In this document: piece after piece, positions 8,481 to 15,353 of the stretch
How positions within the stretch are numbered: position 1 is the first letter of the stretch
How the letters are laid out: every line of letters begins with the position of its first letter
Assembly: GCA_043754515.1 (NCBI GenBank)
Contig: JAYUUO010000143.1
Coordinates: forward strand, 1 to 37,150
From: Armatimonadota bacterium
Lineage (GTDB): Bacteria; Armatimonadota; Armatimonadia; Armatimonadales; Armatimonadaceae
Direction of reading: 5' to 3'
Length of the DNA stretch: 37,150 nt
Notes under the pieces: generated by a model
Seen by the model: only the letters and a program-made list of their open reading frames with translations
Database searches by the model: none
What the model was told of the DNA's origin: nothing
Program-made: the position numbers and the translations under genes

Positions 8481-8575
8481 GTTCCGATTACCGAGTCTGG
8501 CACGGTATTTGCTGTATAATCTGCGCACGTCTCCCAAATTATTATATTGATTGCGAAGCACACACCGGAAGGGGC

Positions 8576-8675
8576 CATCGGGCGATCAGTGAAAACTCGT
8601 TTTCACCTGATCGGCAAAAGCGGCTGAGAGAGATGTCCCATCTTCTCGATTTGCCTGAGTAGATTTCGCCCGATG
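8576..8675. repeat. Intergenic nest of hairpin elements (A, and C inside A)
   Basis: Outer arms CATCGGGCGA and TCGCCCGATG. A at 8586-8609. TCGGCAAAAGCGGCT[GAGAGAGATGTCCCATCTTCTCGA]TTTGCCTGAG at 8611-8659. Confidence 0.8.
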
Positions 8676-8704
8676 ACTCCTCTCCCACGGAGGCCTGTAT
8701 CAGG

Positions 8705-9115
8705 ATGGTCGTTCGTTTCAACACTGTATCGCTGACGCTCAAAGACGTTCTCTCCGGGCTGACGCGGCGGACCCAGTCGCCCGCCCGGAGCGGCAAGCTC
8801 GCCGACCCGCCCCCCTACATCGCGCCCGACTCCAGGCACTTCCGCTACGCCTCCTTCATCGCCGCCGGCATGCCCTACGACGAGGCTTGCCGGGAAGTCT
8901 GTGCCAGCCCGCGCACCGCCGAGAGGTGGCGCACCGATCTGCGCGAGGTGGCTTGCCGCTACTTCCGCCGCCGCGTCACCTACGATTTCGCCGCAAGGTA
9001 CGTAGTGGACGCGGAATTGCGCCGCGTCTGCGCCGAGGTGGCCCCCAAAGAACCCACGACCGTAGTGGTCGCGGACAAAAACTCGTCGCCATCGAGTTCA
9101 GGTTGCGACTGCTAG
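8705..9115 (+). CDS. Small HTH-containing protein, possible regulator
   Basis: GMPYDEACREVCASPRTAERWRTDL resembles a helix-turn-helix. GGAGG lies upstream. Confidence 0.55.
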   Translation: MVVRFNTVSLTLKDVLSGLTRRTQSPARSGKLADPPPYIAPDSRHFRYASFIAAGMPYDEACREVCASPRTAERWRTDLREVACRYFRRRVTYDFAARYVVDAELRRVCAEVAPKEPTTVVVADKNSSPSSSGCDC

Positions 9116-9170
9116 GCGGAGCGAGGATCCGTGAATACGTCCTATTCCTTATCCCGAGTTGAAAATAGAT

Positions 9171-9203
9171 GCGCGGAATCCCGCGCGGCGCGGGATTCCG
9201 CGC
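9171..9203. repeat. Perfect 15-3-15 GC-rich hairpin; possible terminator or hairpin element
   Basis: GCGCGGAATCCCGCG-cgg-CGCGGGATTCCGCGC followed by TTGTTT. Confidence 0.6.
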
Positions 9204-9321
9204 TTGTTTCCGCATCCGATCCACCCCACAATAGTGTAGCAGGCAGAATCTGTTGTGGAGGTCCGCTCCTCCCGTGTTGGGAGACTGAGGGGAAGCGGAC
9301 CCCCAACAAGGGAAAAAGTGT

Positions 9322-9393
9322 CGCGGGTTAGCTCAGGGGTAGAGCGGAAGACTCATAATCTTCAGGTCGGGAGTTCGAGACTCCCATCCGCAC
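9322..9393 (+). tRNA. tRNA with CAT anticodon (Met or Ile2), no encoded CCA
   Basis: Cloverleaf: acceptor CGCGGGT/ATCCGCA, D arm GCTC/GAGC, anticodon stem GAAGA/TCTTC with CT-CAT-AA loop (CAT at 9354-9356), T arm GGGAG-TTCGAGA-CTCCC. Confidence 0.9.
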
Positions 9394-9630
9394 TCGCATA
9401 GAAAACGGTCGCCGCGCCCGCGTTCGACGACCGACCGACCCGGCGGGACTGTCGTCCCGCCGCACGGAGAGGGAAGTGGCGGAACTTCCGGTCAGGAAAT
9501 AGTCCCTGACCGGGCCGCCTACGAATCCTCGATACCTATAGCGGGAGCCGCATCGGCTCCGCGCGATTTGCTTCCGAACGTCCAACCGGTTTCTCTGTCC
9601 AGACAGAACCACGTTCCCACCCCCATTCAA

Positions 9631-9744
9631 AGAAACAGCAACCGTCGAGACAAGACAGGCGTACAGGCAAAACGGAGTCAGGCAAAAGGATTTTGCCGAG
9701 TTGCCGAGAACAAGTTTCTGCCGATTTGACGGTTGCTGTTTTCT
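9631..9744. repeat. Triple-nested family A hairpins inside an outer inverted repeat
   Basis: Three ACAGGC/TCAGGC left ends (9655, 9663, 9678) are closed by three GCCGA right ends (9699, 9707, 9724). Outer arms CAGCAACCGTC and GACGGTTGCTG. Confidence 0.8.
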
Positions 9745-9894
9745 CGCACCGAGGTTCCTACGATGAGTGCGCGCGCCAGATTTAAAGAACAAGACTCCTA
9801 TATACGCGGCCAGAAACCGCTCACTGCCGGTTCCTCGCGCAAGCGTAACCCCCTCTGTCGTGCCGTCATAAGGCGATTCAGCGGCGTCCGCGCG

Positions 9895-10059
9895 ATGGCC
9901 TGCGAGGCACTGGGTCTGCGCTACGTCGCCGTCGCCGCCCCGCGCGACCTGAACCAGCTCCGCGCCGCGGCCGCCTTCGCGCCGGACGCCATAGACAGAG
10001 GCATCCGCAGCTACATCCCCTGGTCCTATGAGATCCAGGGCATCGGAGACGTCGCATGA
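9895..10059 (+). CDS. Small hypothetical protein (start uncertain)
   Basis: Short ORF with high GC at third codon positions. Confidence 0.35.
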   Translation: MACEALGLRYVAVAAPRDLNQLRAAAAFAPDAIDRGIRSYIPWSYEIQGIGDVA

Positions 10060-10264
10060 AAAACGGATCCTTTTCCGCCGTTATCGCTGTTCTGGTGGCC
10101 TCCATCGGCATAGCGTCGCAGGTTCGCTCGCCGTCTATCGGGTCTAACGTGATCCTCGCCGCGACCCCCAGATTCTGCTATGGTAGCCGCGCGAAGCGGC
10201 GCGGCCTGTCCGGCCAGGCGCGTCGGCGCGGCATCGTCGCCCGACGGAAGCGCAGCCGACTCAG

Positions 10265-10621
10265 ATGAATGCAAGCGAAGCGGACGCGATCCGCATTTTC
10301 GCCCCGAACGTCCTGCTCGCCCTCCGCGCCGCTGAACTGCTCCTCACCCGGCGCTCGCGGCTCCGATCCGCCGAGAAGCGGCATTTCGAGCAGGGTGCCT
10401 CCTCCCATTCGGAGTACAGGCGTGCCGTCGCTCAGGAGGACGAATCCGCCAGGGCATTGCGAGAGATGTTGCATCGGGTAGGAGTCCTCCCGGATGTCGA
10501 AAACTGCGGCGGGGAAAAACGCGGCATCTCTCGAAACGAGTTTCGAGATTGTTTCGGTTTGTCGAGTATGGATTTATTCGAGGAAGTAGATCCATCTCCA
10601 CTCCGAGCGGGAACGATCTAA
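10265..10621 (+). CDS. Hypothetical protein with a 69-bp in-frame hairpin nest
   Basis: 118-aa ORF. The nest at 10496-10564 keeps the frame. Confidence 0.45.
   Translation: MNASEADAIRIFAPNVLLALRAAELLLTRRSRLRSAEKRHFEQGASSHSEYRRAVAQEDESARALREMLHRVGVLPDVENCGGEKRGISRNEFRDCFGLSSMDLFEEVDPSPLRAGTI
10496..10564. repeat. Three-level hairpin nest (24+24+21 bp)
   Basis: GTCGAAAACTGCGGC[GGGGAAAAACGCGGCAT[CTCTCGAAACGAGTTTCGAGA]TTGTTTC]GGTTTGTCG. Confidence 0.72.
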
Positions 10622-10683
10622 TTGATTTCGCGAGACAAGCCAGCAAGAACACTGACTTGTTTCGCACCAGATGTAGTCGCCGA

Positions 10684-10736
10684 ACTGCCCCTCTTGATAG
10701 GTAGGAAACTCTTTCCTACCTATCAAGAGGGGCAGT
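10684..10736. repeat. Perfect 25-3-25 inverted repeat
   Basis: ACTGCCCCTCTTGATAGGTAGGAAA-ctc-TTTCCTACCTATCAAGAGGGGCAGT. Confidence 0.9.
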
Positions 10737-11712
10737 GCCGAGCGCGACGAGGCGGAGACCCCGCCTGGCGAGAGACATAAACGGAACTCACGCCCGACAC
10801 GACCACGCATCCACGGGGATTTCTTCTAAGTTCCCGCTCAAGAAAATCGCCAGGGCGATTTCTCTGACACGTTGCGAATCCACGGTCGTGTCGGCGACGG
10901 AAAGTTTGCCAGTGTTCTCTTGTGTCGAATCTTTTCTCGCGGGCAACGACCCGTATTTATTGCATAACGGCGAGTGTCTCGCCTTCCTGACCGCGCTACC
11001 TGCCGCTTCCTGTGACTCGCTCGTGACCGACCCGCCGTATTCGAGCGGGGGGCGCACGGCGGGGGAGCGGACGGGCCGCACCACGACCCAGAAATACATC
11101 CAGACCGATACGAAGCGGCAGTACGTGGATTTCGACGGCGACTCGCGCGACCAGCGCGGGTATCTCGCCTGGTGTGCGCTGTGGCTTTCCGAATGCTACC
11201 GCGTCCTGAAGCCCGGCTCTCCGGCGGTCATTTTCACGGACTGGCGGCAGTTGCCGGTCACAACGGACGCGCTCCAGGCGGGCGGCTTCACCTGGCGGGG
11301 GATATGTGCGTGGGACAAGACGCGCGGCTGCCGACCGACGCGCGGGCGGTTCGCGTCCCAGTGCGAGTACATGGTCTGGGGTAGCAAGGGGGCGATGCCG
11401 GCAGACCGGGACGCGCCCTGTTTGGACGGAGTGTTCACCCACCCGGTCAAAGCCGCCGACAAACACCACGTCACAGGGAAGCCGAGCGACCTTCTTCGCG
11501 AGATCGTCCGCATCACCGAGCGACCTACGGAGGCTCATGTACCCGTCATCCTAGACCCGTTCGCGGGATCGGGCACGACCGGCGTCGCTGCCATAGAGAA
11601 TGGGTTCCGGTTCATCGGCTGCGAGTGGGGCGCGGAGTACGCGGCCATCGCGAACGGGCGACTGGCGGACGCGGCGGGACGTCTGGCGGTGGATAGCGGA
11701 GGCATTGCATGA
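10735..11712 (+). CDS. Orphan DNA methyltransferase, N6/N4 beta class (true start probably downstream, about 10889-10912)
   Basis: Catalytic TDPPY precedes the SAM-binding motif ILDPFAGSGTTG. H-x-T-x-KP motif present. Confidence 0.92.
   Translation: MPSATRRRPRLARDINGTHARHDHASTGISSKFPLKKIARAISLTRCESTVVSATESLPVFSCVESFLAGNDPYLLHNGECLAFLTALPAASCDSLVTDPPYSSGGRTAGERTGRTTTQKYIQTDTKRQYVDFDGDSRDQRGYLAWCALWLSECYRVLKPGSPAVIFTDWRQLPVTTDALQAGGFTWRGICAWDKTRGCRPTRGRFASQCEYMVWGSKGAMPADRDAPCLDGVFTHPVKAADKHHVTGKPSDLLREIVRITERPTEAHVPVILDPFAGSGTTGVAAIENGFRFIGCEWGAEYAAIANGRLADAAGRLAVDSGGIA
10838..10867 (-). repeat. Family B hairpin element
   Basis: TCAAGAAAATCGCCAGGGCGATTTCTCTGA, the reverse orientation of the TCAGAGAAATCGCC..GGCGATTTTCTTG consensus. 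Confidence 0.8.
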
Positions 11713-12120
11713 CCTCCTTTTCGTTCCACGCGGGCGATTCGCTCGCCGTCTTGCGCACGTTCCCCGATGAGTCCGTCCATAGCATCGTCACGTCGCCGCC
11801 TTACTTCGCTTTGCGCGACTACCAGGTCAACGGGCAGATCGGCCGCGAAGCGACGCCCGGCGCGTACATAGCGGCCCTGGTCGCCGTGTTCCGGGAGGCC
11901 AGGCGCGTCCTGCGCAAGGACGGCACCCTATGGCTCAACTTGGGGGACAGCTACGTAAACAAGCAGCTCCTCTGCATCCCGCACCGCGTCGCGATGGCAC
12001 TCCAGGACGACGGGTGGCTCCTGCGTTGCGACGCGATCTGGGAGAAGCCGAACGCCTGTCCCGAGTCGGTGGGGGACCGCCCTAGCCGCTCCCACGAGTA
12101 CGTATTCCTGTTCGCCCGGT

Positions 12121-12150
12121 CAGAGAAATCGCCCGAGGCGATTTTCTTGA
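12121..12150 (+). repeat. 30-bp family B element, in frame, adding 10 aa (EKSPEAIFLS) to the MTase
   Basis: CAGAGAAATCGCCCGAGGCGATTTTCTTGA interrupts the usually contiguous HEYVFLFARS-xxYFYD motif. Confidence 0.85.
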
Positions 12151-12220
12151 GCCGCTGGTATTTCTACGACCGCGAGGCCGTATGCGTCCCGTGTGCGTCC
12201 TCTCTTTCGGGGAGTCGCCT

Positions 12221-12369
12221 CGCGAGTGTGAAAAACGGATCCGCGCGGGTCACGCCGTCGGGCACCCCAAGAAAATCGCCCGAGGTGATTTCTCTGAACC
12301 GGTTCCTCGCAGGGGGCAATCGCGGTGACCGCTCGGAAGTGCGGGGCGGATTCGTTTTTCACACTCGCG
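12221..12369. mobile_element. 149-bp MITE-like insertion with 24-bp terminal inverted repeats, containing a family B element (12268-12297)
   Basis: CGCGAGTGTGAAAAACGGATCCGC and GCGGATTCGTTTTTCACACTCGCG (1 mismatch). Its removal restores the MTase frame. Confidence 0.72.
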
Positions 12370-12632
12370 CGGGCGGCCCCTGCGCTCGGTCTGGAAGATC
12401 CCGACGCGCGCTTTTTTCGCCAGATCGTGCGGGGTCACCGACGTCAATCATTTCGCGGCGATGTCCCCCGATCTCGCCCGGCTGTGCGTCCGGGCCGGCA
12501 CGCCGCCGGGCGGCACGGTGCTCGACCCGTTCGGCGGCACGGGCACCACGCTCGCGGTCGCTAAAGAGGAGGGCCGTTCCGGCATGTACATAGATCTGAA
12601 CCCAGACTATTTACGCCTCGCCGAGGCGCGAG

Positions 12633-12716
12633 TCAGAGAAATCGCCCGACCTAGCGAAACGAGTTTCGCCTGTTCCACAAAACTGCCGCAAATTGTGTGT
12701 GGAGGCGATTTTCTTG
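12633..12716 (+). mobile_element. 84-bp composite hairpin element, second copy, in frame at the MTase 3' end
   Basis: TCAGAGAAATCGCC...GGCGATTTTCTTG. The interior is inverted relative to 5213-5296. Confidence 0.85.
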
Positions 12717-12750
12717 TCAGTGCTTCCCCGGATTGGAAAGACCCTACACC

Positions 12751-13107
12751 ATGAGTATTTTTTCGTCGTTCCTTCATCACGCCATACCCGCGATCCCCGA
12801 AGAGCACTTGACGTCATCGAAGGTCAGTTCTCTCATCTCCACCCTGTTTCCGGGTGCCACCAGCGCGACCTCGTCAAATGTTTTCTCGGTTGTTCTGAAG
12901 CATGTGGCGGACTGGCTGGCGAACGACGCCCTGCGCATGACCGACCAGGAAAGCGCAGCACTGGCCAAGTCCTGGGGGATCACGCCCGAGCAGATCAAGG
13001 AGATAGAGGGAGTCTTTCTTGAGCGCGCGCTATCGCGCCTCGCCTCCCTGATCACCCACGAAATCGGCCCCGAGTCCGGCATGATTAGAGCGAACCCTCC
13101 GCAGTAG
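12751..13107 (+). CDS. Hypothetical protein
   Basis: ATGA coupling to the MTase stop, upstream GGAAAG, 118 aa. Confidence 0.6.
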   Translation: MSIFSSFLHHAIPAIPEEHLTSSKVSSLISTLFPGATSATSSNVFSVVLKHVADWLANDALRMTDQESAALAKSWGITPEQIKEIEGVFLERALSRLASLITHEIGPESGMIRANPPQ

Positions 13108-13128
13108 CGGCTCCCGACGTCACCCCAG

Positions 13129-13755
13129 ATGCAAACATATAGAGAGCATAAAATCACCCGCGCGACGCCCGGCTCCCTGTTCGAGGCGGGCCTGCTCCGC
13201 TTCGAGGAGGATGACCTCGTCTACGCGGCGACGGCGCGGTGCCGGTGCAGTGCCGGGCTAGCGTTCGTCCAGGGCGAGTGGTCGATGCGCGCTTGGTGGT
13301 GCTCCGCCCTGCTGACAGATGGATTGGATGGATGTCATGCCACTTCCGACGACGGGCACGACGCAGAAAAATCGTTCTACCTCGCGTCGGACGCGATCGA
13401 ATGCGAGTACCTGCCGGGCCTGCCCGACGACGGCACGATCATCCGCACCACGCTCACCGGCGAGACGACCCGGCCGAACGCCCCGACTACCGCGTATACG
13501 ATCACGGCGGGCGGCAAGGCTCCGGTGACGCATCATGTCGAGTCCATCGCGAAAGACGCCCTGTTCGACGCCGCGTACCGCGAGGGCACCGTTTCGCTCT
13601 CCGTCCGATGCGCGGTGGTCAACGAAAGGCCGATACGAACGAGCAGTACACCCACGGAACCCTCTTGGGAGGCATCCCGAGCAAGGGATGCCTCCCAGGT
13701 GTCCTCGGAACAAACGCAACGTTTTTCCTCGAAAGGAAAACCACGGGACATATGA
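13129..13755 (+). CDS. Hypothetical protein with a Cys-rich motif; C-terminus contains hairpin insertions
   Basis: RCRCSAGLA..WWCSA motif. Hairpins at about 13665-13698 and 13705-13731 (family D). Confidence 0.6.
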   Translation: MQTYREHKITRATPGSLFEAGLLRFEEDDLVYAATARCRCSAGLAFVQGEWSMRAWWCSALLTDGLDGCHATSDDGHDAEKSFYLASDAIECEYLPGLPDDGTIIRTTLTGETTRPNAPTTAYTITAGGKAPVTHHVESIAKDALFDAAYREGTVSLSVRCAVVNERPIRTSSTPTEPSWEASRARDASQVSSEQTQRFSSKGKPRDI

Positions 13756-13838
13756 TCGAACGCCTACCGCGTATCCTGCACGCCGCGCTACTCGGCCTGA
13801 TACTCCTAGCCGCTATAACCCTCGGATTATTCCGCTGA
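13752..13838 (+). CDS. 28-aa single-pass membrane peptide
   Basis: MIERLPRILHAALLGLILLAAITLGLFR, with ATGA coupling to the upstream ORF. Confidence 0.4.
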   Translation: MIERLPRILHAALLGLILLAAITLGLFR

Positions 13839-14665
13839 AACCCGTATATGTTAGCATCGGGGACATCGGGCCGCGGGAACGGGGCGTCGCGCTCGTCTTC
13901 CTCGAAGCGGCCGGACCCGGCGACGACCGGTTCGAGAAAGCGGCGCGTGCCACGGGCATCCCCGTCGGACTCCTGCGGAAGTTGAGCCGGATCGAGAGCG
14001 GCGAGGAGGAAGACCCCGACGAGCAGGTCAGCCGCCTCGCGCGCACGGTCGCCGGGATGCCGGACCCGCCCGAGCGGTGCTTCGACAAGAAGAACCGGCG
14101 CGCCGAGTTCGCGCCCGCGCCGGAGATGACGGCGTGGCTGACGTCAACCTATGTTTCGCACGGCGGGGTGCTCAGCCACAAAGAGCACAAGCACCTATCC
14201 TATGCGCAGCCATCGGTGCTCTGGACGAACGTCGAGAACAAGCGGAGCGGGCAACGGGTCGTCGGCACGGCGTCCATGCCGTCGCGGGCGAGCGGAGACC
14301 CGTGGAGCATCGCCCAGCGGGAACGTCAGCTGACGGAGTGGTTCGGCAAGGTGCCCGAGTTCCTCATCACCCTGGACGCGACGTACTGGTGGGAGTCCGA
14401 ACCCCTGCGCCGCCTGGCGGTCGCGGAGCACGAACTGCTCCACTGCGGCCAGGCGAAAGACGCGTTCGGTTGCCCCAAGTTCAGCGAGCAGACCGGCTTG
14501 CCGATATTCACGATCCGCCCGCACGACGTGGAAGCGTTCGTGCTCGAAGGGGACCGGTACGGCGCGGCTAATTCGGCCGGCGCGTCGGCGGATCTGTTCG
14601 CCGCCTGGAAGCGGGGGCCGACGGTAACGCCCGCGCAGATTGTCCGCATCTGCGGCAACCGTTAA
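13835..14665 (+). CDS. Putative phage metallopeptidase (start uncertain)
   Basis: LWTN..VVGTA..QLTEWFGKVPEFLITLDA..EHELLHCGQ..RPHDVEAF..RYG. HExxH motif and the typical position upstream of TerS. Confidence 0.8.
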   Translation: MKPVYVSIGDIGPRERGVALVFLEAAGPGDDRFEKAARATGIPVGLLRKLSRIESGEEEDPDEQVSRLARTVAGMPDPPERCFDKKNRRAEFAPAPEMTAWLTSTYVSHGGVLSHKEHKHLSYAQPSVLWTNVENKRSGQRVVGTASMPSRASGDPWSIAQRERQLTEWFGKVPEFLITLDATYWWESEPLRRLAVAEHELLHCGQAKDAFGCPKFSEQTGLPIFTIRPHDVEAFVLEGDRYGAANSAGASADLFAAWKRGPTVTPAQIVRICGNR

Positions 14666-14670
14666 CCGAA

Positions 14671-14700
14671 TCAGAGAAACCGCCCGGGGCGGTTTTCTTG
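14671..14700 (+). repeat. 30-bp family B element, intergenic; may also act as a terminator
   Basis: TCAGAGAAACCGCCCGGGGCGGTTTTCTTG. Confidence 0.85.
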
Positions 14701-14768
14701 AATCGCGGCGATTTGTCGAGAACGGCACTTTGATTTACTTTTATAGAATGAGCGGGGGGGCGTAGCTC

Positions 14769-15353
14769 ATGCCTGTGTTGGAGGAGCCGCATAAACGCTT
14801 CGTGCTGCGGTGTCTCGCACGCTATGCCTCGGCGAAGGAAACCATCGGGGCACTCGCCCAAGAGTTTCCCGACGCGGACCTGTCCAGGATGACCGCCCAG
14901 AACCTGACTGTATACGATCCGAATACGGGGGCCGGTCGCGCATGGTTATCCGACGAGCACCGGGCATATTTCTTGGAGTGCCGGAGGGCCGCGAACGCGG
15001 AAGAGGAACTGATCCCGATAGCGAACCGCGCGTACCGCCTGACGCGGTTGCAGGAGATCGCCGAGCACGAGGACCACTCGGGCAACCCGATCCTCGTGGC
15101 GAAAATGCTGGAACAGGCGGCGCGGGAGATGGGCGGCATGTACTGCGCTACCGCCCGCGCCGCGCCGGGAGGCGGCATCTCCGGGGGGACTAGTGGTGCT
15201 GGAACATCAGAGCCTGAGCGAGCTGAGGAGCTTAATAGCGTACTCGACATCCTCCGAACGCGACCGACTGGAGAAGCTACTCCTGAAGGAGTTCCGGGAC
15301 GCGACGCCCGGCCCGGAACTCCGGGCGAGCATCCGAGCGAGGTGCGAGAGTGA
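14769..15353 (+). CDS. DUF2280-like protein, probable terminase small subunit
   Basis: VYDP..IPIANRAYRLTRLQ..LEQAAREMGGMY pattern, directly upstream of TerL. Confidence 0.78.
   Translation: MPVLEEPHKRFVLRCLARYASAKETIGALAQEFPDADLSRMTAQNLTVYDPNTGAGRAWLSDEHRAYFLECRRAANAEEELIPIANRAYRLTRLQEIAEHEDHSGNPILVAKMLEQAAREMGGMYCATARAAPGGGISGGTSGAGTSEPERAEELNSVLDILRTRPTGEATPEGVPGRDARPGTPGEHPSEVRE

Larger units (their letters stand above)
11709..12754 (+). pseudogene. Second DNA methyltransferase (SPPY, probably N4-cytosine), frameshifted and carrying several insertions
   Basis: TSPPY..LWLNLGDSY..HEYVFLF lies in the 11709 frame. RSVWKIPT..HFAAM..VLDPFGGTGTT lies in a different frame (ORF 12461-12754 and upstream). 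Removing 12221-12369 joins the two frames. Confidence 0.82.

Noticed and set aside
9322..9393. tRNA as an attachment site or prophage boundary
   Set aside because: I saw no duplicate of its 3' end in the window, and phage-type genes continue on both sides.
13535..13834. N-terminal 100 aa of the 376-aa ORF
   Set aside because: It overlaps two better-coupled ORFs and looks like off-frame sequence. The metallopeptidase probably starts further downstream.
14671..14700. Family B hairpins as simple rho-independent terminators
   Set aside because: The same sequence occurs in both orientations, inside coding regions, in tandem and with nested inserts, so termination alone cannot explain it.
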